A stretch of 64,000 nt of DNA from Cyanophora paradoxa CCMP329. Lineage: Eukaryota > Plantae > Glaucophyta. Under the pieces are notes generated by a model. The model worked only from the letters and a program-made list of their open reading frames with translations. It did not search any database and was not told where the DNA came from. The first letter of the stretch is position 1. Each line of letters begins with the position of its first letter. Below are positions 10,001 to 22,600 of this stretch, piece by piece. The DNA lies in contig QPMI01000437.1 of the NCBI GenBank assembly GCA_004431415.1, positions 62,001 through 126,000 of the forward strand, given 5' to 3'. Made by a program: the position numbers and the translations under genes.

Positions 10001-12329
10001 CGGCCAGACGGGCCACGCATAGCTGCGATCATGAGGGCTGCGGCTGGAGCGGCGCTTCTGCATCCTCTCTGCGGAAGCACAAAGAGAAGAAGCACCCTCC
10101 AGGTGGATTCTATTTTCGTGGACATGTGGATTCGGGATTCCCTCGCTAAATTGTCGATATCGCCGGTCAGATATCGCTCCTTGGGACGCACTGCCAGCTC
10201 TTACTACGACGTGGATGAAGACGTGGCCGCGAAACAGCACGTTTTGGACGTGCGCCTGCTGCGCGGAGTATCGGCCTGCCGCGGACTTCCCCAAATGCCC
10301 CTTCTTCCCTGCCTCGCTTGAGATCTTTACTCCCCTCTGGGTGTACAAGTGAGCACTCCGAACCTATTCTACATTTCCATTGCGCAGCACTTATCTGGGT
10401 GCAGGGAGGATATCGAGGCGCCCCCACCGTGGCAGAAACAGCTTGGCGTCGAAAAACGCGAGGGCTCTCTGCTGCTGCCGCCGGCCTTTGAGCGCGTCAC
10501 CGGAGCGGAAAGCCGGCCGGGCCTGCAGCAAATGCTAGCCGTACTCAAAGTCGAAGGCGACTCGGGCACCTTCGTCGAGTCGTGCCCTGGCAGGATGTGC
10601 ATGCGCGCAGCTGCAAGGTCGCCTGCAAATCGAACATTCCGCACTTTAATTTCGTCTTTGCCAGCGCTGCATCCCCACCCTCAAATCGGGCGACATGCCG
10701 CGAACAGCAGTGGCGTTGTGGGACTTCGGCTATATTCCCGAGGAGCTGAGCTGCCTGAACGAGGCGGAACGAAAGCTGATTGCGATTGTCAGCGGCGAGA
10801 CTCGCGTCCGTACACACCACCCTTCGGGCCAGCGCTTTACTCGTGGCAACTGCATCTCATTCTTCAACAAGATCAACGAACTCGTCCTCGTTCTCCCCCG
10901 CACGGCCGGGCAGTCCGAAACTGTTTACATTCAAACTGAGCCTCGGAGGGTGCGCCCGTCACCGTGACTCTGAAAGTGCGGCCCTGGCTCATTCGTCGCG
11001 CTCTCTTCTGGCTGAAAAAGGTTTGCGGCCCATTGTAATATTCTCTTTCAGGTGTTTGCAACAGCGGGTGAGACCTTGTGCGCGCGCTTCGCAGAACAAT
11101 ATTCTGTATAAAAACATCGACATCAGCGAGGAGAATTTGGCCACATACAATCGGAACGTCATGGTTGTCCCGCAGGCAGGCGACGTTGTGCATACAGCGG
11201 ACGGGCCCGTCAATTCCTCCGAAATAATTGAGTCTGCGAAGCATTTGCCGCTCGACGAGGATCCCGAAGATGCAAAGACGGGTGCGCAAAGATTCAAAAA
11301 AGTGGACCGCCCTTACCTGACCTCTGTTCATGATTGCCACGGCAGGCCTGCAATCGAGGACCTCCACATGGGAGTCCTCACGCGCATCCGAGACGCCGGC
11401 CTCGCGGATATCGAACTTCAAGACCTTGTCTACCAGATGCGCGGCGGGAGCGAGCAGCGCGCCAGCCGCGCGGCTCTGCAGGCGCTCGAGGCGGCGGGCC
11501 GCCTCACCATGCTCTCGCAGCAGGGCCCTCTTCAGGACCGGCGCCGCTGGCTGCCGCTCACCCGCACGGCCGACTTCCGCCCCGACCCCCTCCAGAAGGC
11601 CTGGATCGCCTACGTTTACGGCGAGCCCTCTGCAGACAGCACCATCATCTTTTAGCCAGCTGTTCAGGGTTAGCGGTAGTCCGTGCGAACACAGTTCATG
11701 CGCAGCGTTTTTCCGCTCCAGAACAATCTTTCTTATACAGTGCGCTGAATTTGGCCTTTCGTTGAGCCTTTTCTTTATTCGGTTTGATCTCAGCGCCTGA
11801 TTGGGTCTTTTCTACATCTGCTTATCGGGCCTTTTCTATTTTTTCAATCATAATCTGTGTTTATCTTTACACTTCAACCTGCCGCGCGCACTGGGCCGGG
11901 GTCGATCTACATTTGCCCCGTGCATGTTCGTGCCACTACGACTCTTTCATTAGATCCCGGTTCCCCCCTTGCACCCCCGGCGCGCCAAAACGCGGCCGGG
12001 CCCCTAGTAATTAGAACGCGATCATACATAATTGCTATTTGCGACTGTTCCCGAGTCCCGATCCGGCCGCCAGGTCCGCTCGCTGGAGCTTCAAGCGTCC
12101 CGACAGGAGCTCCGTGCTCACGTACAGGTCAGGATTCAACTTTGATTTGCGGCTTTCAACTAAATTTCCAATCCGGCACCAGGCTCGAAACGCGGAGGTG
12201 GCGGATCTTTTGCACCAGCTGCACGCTCAGCGCGAGTCGGCCGTGCTCTGGCGGCGGGCGGCGCTGGGCCCGGGCCAGCACGCGCATGGCGCACATGCAT
12301 CCCCTCACCAGTGGGGGCCGGAGATCTAG
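6912..12329 (+). CDS. Multi-exon coiled-coil protein of unknown function, host of the intronic Helentron-like element
   Basis: Heptad-rich exons: REIALLRRRLAEAEGRLAAA (~7035-7208), LQRESDREAAEGLKAAF (~7536-7673), EQHEADRQTVLGLKGDLK (7760-7813); after the insert, VRSLELQASRQELRAHVQ (~12074-12127) and ARNAEVADLLHQLHAQ...PEI* (12183-12329). Start codon uncertain. Confidence 0.55.
7838..12007 (+). mobile_element. Non-autonomous Helentron/Helitron2-like rolling-circle element
   Basis: 5' TGCAAGGGGGGAA (7838-7850) with a nearby inverted copy (7866-7877). Perfect 13-bp subterminal inverted copy TTCCCCCCTTGCA (11961-11973), then a GC hairpin (11976-12000) and CTAG|T. Flanks are T-rich with no TSD. 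Carries DUF6570-like coding sequence. Confidence 0.8.
9626..11655 (+). pseudogene. C2H2 zinc-finger + DUF6570-like (Helitron RepHel N-terminal) coding region, spliced and frameshifted
   Basis: CSTCKRLFTDKFSFDRHIERAKC and CRQCSIICPSAPSLRQHEAAH fingers. Then MPRTAVALWDFGYIPEELSCLNEAERKLIAIV...RGNCISF...LPR...KVRPWLIRRALFWLKK/NNILYKNIDISEENL. Frameshift near 10940; no HUH Rep or Pif1 motifs follow. Confidence 0.7.
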
Positions 12330-12765
12330 ACGTGACTCGCTAATGACGTCATACCGTTCAGATGTCGCTCGAGTTCCTATAGCTAGGCCCTGAGGCCGTG
12401 CCTGTTCCATTCGAATACAAAACTGAAGGAGACAAAGACCTAGACACGTTCTGGGGGATTTAGCTATAGCGACGGTTCCGACGGGCACTGCACGTGCAGG
12501 TCCGCCTGGCGCCCTGGCGACCGCGGGATATCGGGCCCCGGGGAGGCCCAGGAAGGAAGGCCCGGGGCCAGGTGGGAGAGGGAGGGAGGGGCCAGGAAGG
12601 CACAGACGGATAGCCTTGGATAGCCTTGGACTGGGGATTGGATATGTTGATATCTTGGTAGGACGGACTCCGGATCCTGCTGCCAGTGCTGCTTCTGCAG
12701 CTACCCGCTCGGCTTCTGCCACCGAAAGGCATATTATATTCGCCGACACGCATCCTTAGGCTACC

Positions 12766-15700
12766 ACTACTGCTGGCGGGCGCGGGCCGCCGCCTCGGCG
12801 TCCCTCCGGTCCAGCTCCCGCTCCGCCTCGCGGTACGCCTCGCGCGCCTCCGAGGCCGAGGCCGGGCCCGGGCCTGGCGCCCGCCCAAAGGTCTCCGGGT
12901 CCAGAGCCGCCATCACCTGCGCACGTCAGATCAGATCAAAACAGATTTGATCGGATCTCAGATTTGATCGGGTCAAAATACCTGGCGCAGGGCGCGGGCG
13001 GCGGCGCGCTCCGCGAGCCGGCCGAAGAGGCGCTCGCCTGCATTGGATTTCAAATTCAAAATTGAAATTTTGAAGAGGAATTTGAATTTGAAGAGGCGCG
13101 TGACTCACCCTCCGGGAGGAGCCGCGGCCCGACGACGGCCGCCAGGCGTTCCACGTCCACGCGCTGGCCCGCCTGCATCCAAATTCAATTTGAAAAATTC
13201 GAGTTTTGGCGGGAAAGGGGGGTACCGCACCTTGCTCGCGGACTGGAGGAGGCGGCCGATGGACTCGAGGGCCTCGCGGTCCTCGTCCCTCAGGCGGCTC
13301 CAGGGCATGGAGCCCGGCCCGGGCGGCGCCGGTGGCCGGCCCTGCCCCCGAAGTCACGAAAAGAAAGAAAGGGGGGGGGGGGAAGAGGAGGGTTACCTGG
13401 AGTACCCCCCAGAACGTCTGGGCAGCCTCTGCGGCCAGCGCCTCCGCCGCGTTCTCAACGGCCCGGACCACCTGGGGGTACACCGATCAGACGGGGAAAG
13501 AAATTGGGGGGCGGGAAAGAGGTCACCTCGTCGACGACGACGTCGCGGATGAACGTTCCTCCGTCCGAAAAGACGAACTCGAAGATCTGTGCACGTACCC
13601 CCCGACCGCCAGTTAGAAAAGGGGCGGATCAGGCGGAAGGAGGTAAAGGGGTAAACCCACCTCGGCGGTGGTCTCGCCGCGCTTCGCGTCGGGATCGGCG
13701 CCCGGGGCGGGCCGCGCCACGGGGGCCGCCCCCTCGCTGGCCTTGCGAACCAGGCTCTCCAGCCGCCGCCTGCGCGCGATGAGCGAGTGAGCGAGAATAA
13801 GAAGGGCTTGAAGGGCGAAGGCTAGAGGTGTAATGCCTTTCTTAATATAAGCGAGACGCCTTTGAATACTCCGGGATATAAGAATCATATCTGGATCTAG
13901 AACCCAAAACAGTAATCTAGAATCTCGAACTAGACCTAGACCGCAACGGACCAGCGGATGCGGCCGTCGGCGAGCAGCAGCTCCTTCAGGGATTCCCTCA
14001 GCTCCTCTTAAGAGAAGCTTAAGAGAATCTAATCAGAAGCCTAAGAGAATCTAATCAGGACCGCCGGCTTGAAATTAAAAAAGTGAGGTGGTGTGCCTTC
14101 CTCAATCTAGAATAATCTACGGATGCAACTGACCAGCGGATGCGGCCGTCGGCGAGGAGGAGCTCCTTGAGCGACTCCTTCAGCTCCTCTTGGTTCGCCG
14201 TCATCAGCTGCTTCACGATGTAGGGGTACGCCCGCGCCAGAACCTGGGGTGGGAGAGGGGGGTTAGTGAGAGGGGGGTACGGTGCGGGGCGGGGCGGGGC
14301 AGGGGAGGCGGAGGTAAGAGGGGGGGCAGGCGCCGAGGACGTCTCTAGAAGCTAGAATATTCAAGTTAAACCTGCCCGGGGGGGGGGGGGGGGGGGGGGG
14401 GGGAGGGAAAAGGGGGGTACCTTGAACTCGGGGTTGGAGGAGAGGGCGATGCCCTCCAGGACGGTGAGGGACCGGATGACGAGGCTGTAGAAGGGCGGGA
14501 TCTGCGAACGAAGCTTAAGTGCGAACGAAGTGGGGGGTAGGGGTGGGGGTAGGGTACTTTGAAGGGGAACTCGTACATGACCCCCGCCAGGTCGTCCGAG
14601 AGGTTCTGGGGTACGGTTCGAAGGTCGGGGGGGTGGGGGGAAGGGATGAGGGGGTACCTGGAAGTTGAGCTCCGCGACGCCGTCCTTGACCGCGTTCTGC
14701 GGCGCGGCGTCACGGCGCGGGCGGGGGCACAGCGGAGACGGCGACGCTAGGCCGGGCCAGTCCGGCTAGTCTAGCCGCCTTGCTTCGAATTCGCGCATCT
14801 CACAGTTGCAGCGGGGGCGCCGGGGGCGGGGGAACGGGCGGGGGAACGGTCACCTGGAAGACGCGTGTGAGGGCCGGCTTGATCGGCTCGAGGTCTACCC
14901 CCCGGCGCCAGTCGGTCAGGCAGCGTCGGGCGATTCCCTCCTATAGCTAACTCTTCCGGCGATTCCTAATCGAGGGCGGGGCGGGGCATGGGCGGGGCGG
15001 ATATAGCTCTTCTAGCGGCCTCCTACAGTTCCTAGTTGCTTGGGGCCGGGCGGGGCGGGGCGGGGCAAACAAAGCTCTTCTATTGACAAAGCGCTTAAGT
15101 TCCTAGTCGAGGGCGGGGCGGGGCGGGCCGGTGCGGTGCGGGGCGGGGCGGTGGCGCACGAGAGGAAGTCGAGGGCGACGAAGTCCGACGCCAGCGCCGC
15201 GAACTGCGGGGGGCGGGCTCAAATCTAGAGGACCCGAGACGGAGGAGGAGGAGGAGGGGGAGGGGGCCGCTCGAGAAACGGTGGCCCGCCCAGCATAGCT
15301 GGCGCCGCAGGGGCGGCGGGCTCAGAGGAACCGAGACGGAGGGGGTGGAGGGGGAGGGGGAGGGTCCACGAGGGGCGAGATTCATTAGATTGCGGGGGGC
15401 GGGCTCAGAGGACCCGGGACGGAGGAGGGGGAGGAGGGTCACGGGGCGATCGAAAGGAGGTAAGACTGTTGCTATCTCCTTCCTCCCAGGCCTTATTGGA
15501 TTCACGTCCGGTTCTGGTAAAAGCCCTGCTGGGATTTCCTACCTCGCGGTTGACGAGGTGGACGACGGCCTTGATGAGGGCCGTCCGGTGCCGCCCCTCC
15601 AGCTCGATCATCATCCCTGCCCGAGGAGGTCAACGTTTGGTTCGGTTCAGTTTAGTTTAATTTGAGCATCGGCTTTTAGTTGTTATTTGATCTTATGTCG

Positions 15701-16360
15701 CTTTGATCAGTTTGGCTTAGTTCAGAGGCGCTGCGGGTGGCGTGGGGGGGGGGGGGGGGGGGGGGGGGTACCGAAGTCGAGGTACGCGAGCTTGCCGTCC
15801 TCCGTCCGCAGCAGGTTCCCGGGCTAGCGCTTCGGTTTCGAACCCCGGCGGCGCCGAATGAGGCCCGGATCCCACCCCTCGAGGGGCGAGCGGCGGGCGC
15901 ACGTGAGGGTCGGCGTGGAAGAAGCCTGCGGGGGGCGGGGGATCAGAATGGCTCAGAGCCTCAGGTTCTTGTTATGCGGGTTGCGCTCTCCCTGAGATTC
16001 TTGTTAGGTTCTAAGAATTGCTCTCCCTTTGGTTCTTATTGGGTTCTAATCTCTCCAGATAATCAAATCTCTCCTCAGCTTCTTATCGGGCGGATTCTTA
16101 TCGGGCTCGCGGACGCGCACCGCAGTCGAGGAGCTGCATGAGGGAGCAGCGGACGCCCAGCCTGGGGACACGCACGGCGCGGTCGGTCAGCTACACACAA
16201 TCCGGAGCGCTCGGAGAGCTTCAAGCTTCAATATATCTTGATCTCAATCTTAAAGATCCTTTGGAGTGCTTCGCCTCTCTATCTATCCGCCTACGTAGAG
16301 CTGGGCGGCGCACTCGACGAGGTAGTTGCTGTCGCCCGTCGACACGGGGTCCGTCAGCTG
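12766..16360 (-). pseudogene. 5'-truncated duplicate of the ABC1K gene (3' exons only)
   Basis: Exons nearly identical to 31350-34600 (FFHADP, GNLLRTEDGKLAYLDFG, IPPFYSLVIRSLTVLEGIAL, AARARQQ*). Homology stops in the intron above LTDPVSTGDS, and the VAVK-containing N-lobe exons are absent. Confidence 0.8.
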
Positions 16361-16617
16361 CGCGTGCGGCCTGCCCGTCAGCCCGTCTTAATACCCTTGT
16401 CTTATCCTTCTCTTGTCCCCGTCATTCTTTGTATATTTATATTCGTAAATATAACTGACTCATGACATGAGAGACCGACTGGCGGTTGCTAGCAATTTTG
16501 CATCCGGTTTCAAAACAGTCCGCTCAATAAATGGGGGGGTGCGGGGGGGCTTGCCCCCCTGCTTGTACAATTTGGATTTTGCCGAGCTAGCCTCGGATTG
16601 GGGGACAGAAAGAAACG

Positions 16618-19600
16618 CTACTTAAAGACGACGACGATGATATGATGACACGACGCAAATTTTAAACCTAGGCCTGGGGCGGTACGACTTCCTGTATACT
16701 CCGAGGCTACAAAGGCTACGAGCGAGGGCGGCCGCAGTTGATCGACTTCTCGTACAACCGCCGGATCTCGGTGGCGACCGCAGCGTCCCCGCACCTGAGC
16801 GAGGGCTAAATTCGAAGGGCTACACGGAGCGCTAGAGGGGCGTGGGGCGCTGGTCGCACCGCTGCGTGGCGTCATCGACAAGCATGGCCACCTAGAAGAA
16901 CAACATTAAGAGCTCGAAGCTTCGCTGGATTCGACTTGCGCACCTCGACGTCTAGGCAGTCCATTGCGTTGTCGAGCGCGTCCACCAACTCCTCGCCGGC
17001 GTCAGCTGGCAGCTTCGCCTTCAGCCGCCCCCGCAGCGCGTCCGCCGGCCGCATCAGAAGCGCACGCCCCGTCAGTCCCAGCCGCCCCAGGCACCGGATC
17101 CTGCGAAGGGGGAGTGTCGGGTTGCTGGGGTGCGGGGACGGCGGGGCGGGGGCGGGAGCGGACTCGGGCGAGCCCTCGGGAAGAATAAACTTTCGGCGCA
17201 GCCACTCGAGGGTGACGGGAGCCGCCCAGTCCAGCACCGCTGCAGGGTCTGGCTCACTGCCGATGGCGGGGGCTGCCGGAACGCTCGTAGTAGAAGAAGA
17301 AGGCTGCGCATTTGGCGCTGCAACGGCATGTCAGGCGATGTGAGCGGGGGACGACCAGGCGAGTAGGAGAGTAATGGGAGAGGGGGGTTTTGGGGGTGGG
17401 AGGGTGTGATGGTCGGAATGGGATTGGGGGCACCTGGCGGGGGGGCGCTGTTGCTGCTTGAGAGGGGTGCTGGGGCGGCTGCAGCCGGCTCCAGCAGCGC
17501 AGGCCAGTCTGTAGTGTGCTGTCCAGACTCGAAGGGCCGTGTACCCGTGGCGGAGGTGCCTGCTGGCCACGAAAAGGCTTTAAATGCGAGCGAATTTGGG
17601 TGGCTCAGTTAGCTTTTGCCAAGGAGGGGGTACGGGTGCATAAGCTGATGTGCGGGAACCGACCTGATGCGGGCGTATTCGACACCAAGAAAGGGTCCGA
17701 CGGGAGTGCCTCTAGCTCTAGATCTGTGAGCGAAAGCGCGAGTCTGAGAGATTGAAGTCGCGCCGCAAGTAAGCAACAGACCTCCATGTGTATGCACGGT
17801 TCCAGCGTTGCCGTTGATTTGAAGCTCTAGATTTTGATCACGCACACTGTTGCTGCTCGCGGCTGCTTCCTCTGAGTCTCCGCTCCTCCCCTCCTCTGGA
17901 CCCGACTCCTTGAACAGCAGCGGCCGCTCGAGCTCGCTATTGATCTGCATGCAAGCCTGCGCCTGCGGTAGGGGGGCCCTGCAGCTGCGATGTGGGATAA
18001 AGCTGTGACTGCAACGGAGGTGAACAGGGCAACGAACGGGGCCGAGGGCGGAACGACGGGCGGGGCCGGGGGTGCCAGCGGGACGGCGGGCAGGGCGGGT
18101 GGTGCCGGCGGGACGGCCTGCGGGGCCGGGGGTGCCGGCGGGACGGCGGGCGGGGCCGAAAGTGGGATGAAGGGCGGGGCCCGGGGTGCCGACAGGACGG
18201 TAGGCGGCGCCGGTGGTGCCGGCGGGACGACGGGCGGGGCCGGGGGTGCCAGTGGGACGATGGACGGGGCCAAATGCGCATGCGGGACGAGGGGCGGGGC
18301 CGTGGCCGGGACGGCGGGTGGGGCCGGGGGTTCTGGCAGGACGGTAGGCGGCGCCGGTGGTGCCGGCGGGACGACGGGCGGGGCCGGGGGTGCCAGTGGG
18401 ACGACGGACGGGGCCAAATGCGCATGCGGGACGAGGGGCGGGGCCGTGGCCGGGACGGCGGGTGGGGCCGGGGGTTCTGGCAGGACGGTAGGCGGCGCCG
18501 GGGGTGCCGGCGGGACGACGGGCGCGGCCGAAGGTGCCAGCGGGACGACGGGCGGGGCCGCGGCCGTGCACGTGGGCGAAACAGCAGGCGGGACGGCAAA
18601 GGGGGCGGTGCTGGTGCGTAGGGGTGCTGGACTCGAGGGGATCGCTTGAGGGGCCTCTGCGTCCGCCTGAGCGGCTCCTGATCGCGAGCGGTGGGGGGCG
18701 CCCCGGGGTCCCACGAAGACGGCCCCAGGGCGGGGCTCGCCGGAAGACAGGGAGTCGCGATTGGTAGGGGCGGCAGAGGGGGCGGCCATGGGGGCTGTCG
18801 TGGAGTCTGAAGAGACGGACTCATCCTGCACATGCCTCGCCCCGCCCTCCCTCTCCCCTCCTTCAGAGCACGAGTACTCCTGCAGAGCACGTTGAGAAAA
18901 ACGCCTAGAGAACGGAAGATATAAATAACCAAGCACCTCGATCGCGAGGGCTCCCGTCTCCTCGGCGACAAACGCAACCGTCCTCGCCGGGGCCGCCTGC
19001 AACCCTGGGGGACGCTGTGCGGGCTGCGCCACCAGAACGCCGCTCCCTCGTGCAGAGACTAGCGGCCCGACAGCCTCACAGAACAGCCAGACTGCAACAG
19101 AGGCCTCGCATGCTCAACCAGCAGCGGGCGCCAGCCGCCCGATCCGGGCACCGACGGCTCTCACCGCAGGCCCGACTGAAACTTTCCCGCACGTCTTCCT
19201 GTGCCCGGGTCCGCATGCGGTCGCGCACCGCGCGGAGACTGCTCGCGAACTGAACCGACTTCTGCTCTGCGCATACAGAGAGGCCCACGGCCTCACAGCG
19301 CCGCCAGCAGGAGCCCTCCTTGCTCCCGACCTGGTCCCAATCTTCCTCCGCGTCGCGGACGACGACACCGAGGCGCGCAGCTACGATGGTAGGCCGTACG
19401 CGTATCCGCGCCTCTGGGTGCTCCAGGGCCTTGCTCCGCAGAGTCTAGAAAGCGCCCTCACACGCTGCCTGAACCTTGCACCCCGGTACGCGGCACGCGC
19501 AGCTAAACGCGTTCGGCAAACGCTTCTGGAACGGGCCCGACGCCTCTGGTCACGTCGCTGCGAAATCAACGCGGAGTGGGAACGCGACTGCCGCGTCTCC

Positions 19601-22600
19601 CAGGCCTCAAAGAAGCGACCGCGCCCGCCCCGCACGGGCGCCCGCGCCCGAGAGCGGGCCCGCGGCCCCCGGACCTGTAAGGAAGTCTGCGCCGCCTGCG
19701 ACGGGCCGATTCGCCTTCACAATCTACTCAACGCCGCTCGGAACGCAGACTGCCCACCGGAGTACGCGGGCTGGAAGGCGGCGCTCCGCGCCCAAGAGCT
19801 CTACGATTGCGTCAAGGTACGCCCTTGGGAGTCACATCCTAGCCCGCTCTAAACGGTACCCCGAGCCGCGCGAAAGGGGGGGGGGGGGGGGGGGGCTACG
19901 TCGGGAGGAGACTCTCGACACCACCTACCTACTACTTCACCATACCTAGTCCTCGAGAAACTTACCTGATCTACTCTTAGCCTCGCACACACTAGATATA
20001 GCCGCCCCGACCGACTCGCTGGGCCCCGCCCAAGCGAGCGCCTGCCTTGCCTCCCTCTCCCGCTCTGCCCTCCCGCTCGCTCTCTTGGCCCTGCCTCCCA
20101 TTCACGACCTCGCCCGCGCTCCTCGCGCCTCGACAGGGAGGGAACGATGGATCGGAAGGCTTGGCGGAAGGCTTCGGCTGGTCGTTGCACCCACCAGATA
20201 CCCCGGCCATCGTGCCAGGACCGTGGGTTGAAGGACCGCCGCGGAGGGGGGCTCGCAATTGCCCGCGGCGGGGGTGCGGCGGCTGGTTCGAGGCTGGAAG
20301 CCCTGCTGACCGAGAAATCCGACCCTCCCCCTCCCCGCCACGGCCGGCGCCGACCTTCTCCGTCCCGCCCCACTTCTTCCCCGCAACGTCCCCCCTCGCC
20401 TCATTCCCCTCGGCCCCTCTACGCCGACGTGCTTCCACCCGCGCTTCGGGCGAGCGGCCCCCTCGACGCGGAGCCCGCCGCGCTAGCTGTAGTCGCGGCC
20501 GCGTCGAGAGTAGGCAGATTAGACCGCGGGTCCGTCCTGGCTTTCCTACCGTACAGTAGAACAGCCCGCGAGCTCCGGACGTCCCGACAGTCCCTAGGCA
20601 GGCAGCACTAGCAGTAGTAGTGTTTTAATTTACCTCCCTCTCGTAGACCCTGGGTAGTCCTCTCGGTAGCCTAGTCCTAAGCTAGGCTAGATGTATAGGT
20701 AGTAGCTCTCTGCTCTGGGTTAGCTTTGCTTTAGTTTACGTCTCCTTGACTAGCTCCACCCTGTCCGATGGCTGATAGGTTCCCTACCCGGCGTAACCAG
20801 TAGGCTCATCTTTCGACTTGACACTTTACGGACTCCTCAGTTCTATCATTAGCCGTATTGTCTCGGTGTGTGCGAATTCACTAATGGGATGCACGGTTCC
20901 AGCGTTGCCGTTGATTTGAAGCTCTAGATTTTGATCACGCACACTGTTGCTGCTCGCGGCTGCTTCCTCTGAGTCTCCGCTCCTCCCCTCCTCTGGACCC
21001 GACTCCTTGAACAGCAGCGGCCGCTCGAGCTCGCTATTGATCTGCATGCAAGCCTGCGCCTGCGGTAGGGGGGCCCTGCAGCTGCGATGTGGGATAAAGC
21101 TGTGACTGCAACGGAGGTGAACAGGGCAACGAACGGGGCCGAGGGCGGAACGACGGGCGGGGCCGGGGGTGCCAGCGGGACGGCGGGCAGGGCGGGTGGT
21201 GCCGGCGGGACGGCCTGCGGGGCCGGGGGTGCCGGCGGGACGGCGGGCGGGGCCGAAAGTGGGATGAAGGGCGGGGCCCGGGGTGCCGACAGGACGGTAG
21301 GCGGCGCCGGTGGTGCCGGCGGGACGACGGGCGGGGCCGGGGTGCCAGTGGGACGATGGACGGGGCCAAATGCGCATGCGGGACGAGGGGCGGGGCCGTG
21401 GCCGGGACGGCGGGTGGGGCCGGGGTTCTGGCAGGACGGTAGGCGGCGCCGGTGGGGCCGGCGGGACGACGGGCGGGGCCGGGGGTGCCAGTGGGACGAC
21501 GGACGGGGCCAAATGCGCATGCGGGACGAGGGGCGGGGCCGTGGCCGGGACGGCGGGTGGGGCCGGGGGTTCTGGCAGGACGGTAGGCGGCGCCGGGGGT
21601 GCCGGCGGGACGACGGGCGCGGCCGAAGGTGCCAGCGGGACGACGGGCGGGGCCGCGGCCGTGCACGTGGGCGAAACAGCAGGCGGGACGGCAAGGGGGC
21701 GGTGCTGGTGCGTAGGGGTGCTGGACTCGAGGGATCGCTTGAGGGGCCTCTGCGTCCGCCTGAGCGGCTCCTGATCGCGAGCGGTGGGGGCGCCCCGGGG
21801 TCCCACGAAGACGGCCCCAGGGCGGGGCTCGCCGGAAGACAGGGAGTCGCGATTGGTAGGGGCGGCAGAGGGGGCGGCCATGGGGGCTGTCGTGGAGTCT
21901 GAAGAGACGGACTCATCCTGCACATGCCTCGCCCCGCCCTCCCTCTCCCCTCCTTCAGAGCACGAGTACTCCTGCAGAGCACGTTGAGAAAAACGCCTAG
22001 AGAACGGAAGATATAAATAACCAAGCACCTCGATCGCGAGGGCTCCCGTCTCCTCGGCGACAAACGCAACCGTCCTCGCCACGGCCGCTGAAACGTCTCC
22101 CCACCGGCTGCGACCATATGCCGTCGGGTCGTGCGGGTGGGGACTGAAGCCGGGTACCAAAACGCACGTCGGGTCGCTGAAGCCAATTGCAGGGCGCTCT
22201 GTTGCAAGTTTCATGTAGAACGTCTCGCTCCTGTACCCTGAGACATTTGTCGATGTATGTGAGAATAGATATAGAGCTGAAGCTTAAGCTGGCCTGGTAT
22301 TAAACTCATAGAATAGACAGAAAGCACAGGTACCCTTCAGAGAAAAAGAGAAGCTAAAACCGTGCTGGTGTGTACCCATGCCAAACCTGGCGCCGGTGCT
22401 GCCTTCAGGGCGACGATTCATCCCACTGAAAACGTGAGCGCACCATGCCAGCCGGCAGCGGTCCCGAAATTGCAGGGCTTCCTTCATCGAGGGAAGCAGA
22501 GGTGAGATGACCTGCTTCGGAGTGGGAGATGAGCAGCGCTAGCTGCAGCCTGAAGGACTGCAGTAACAGCACCTTCACATCTTCAATATTGAAGGATGCA

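Noticed and set aside
7838-16570. Helentron capture of the ABC1K fragment
   Set aside because: The element's 3' subTIR, hairpin and CTAG end at 12007 and host exons resume, so ABC1K lies outside it.
17990-18649. PE-PGRS-like Gly/Ala-rich ORF on the plus strand (and its copy at ~21.1-21.9 kb)
   Set aside because: It is the antisense shadow of the Pro/Ala-rich minus-strand exon.
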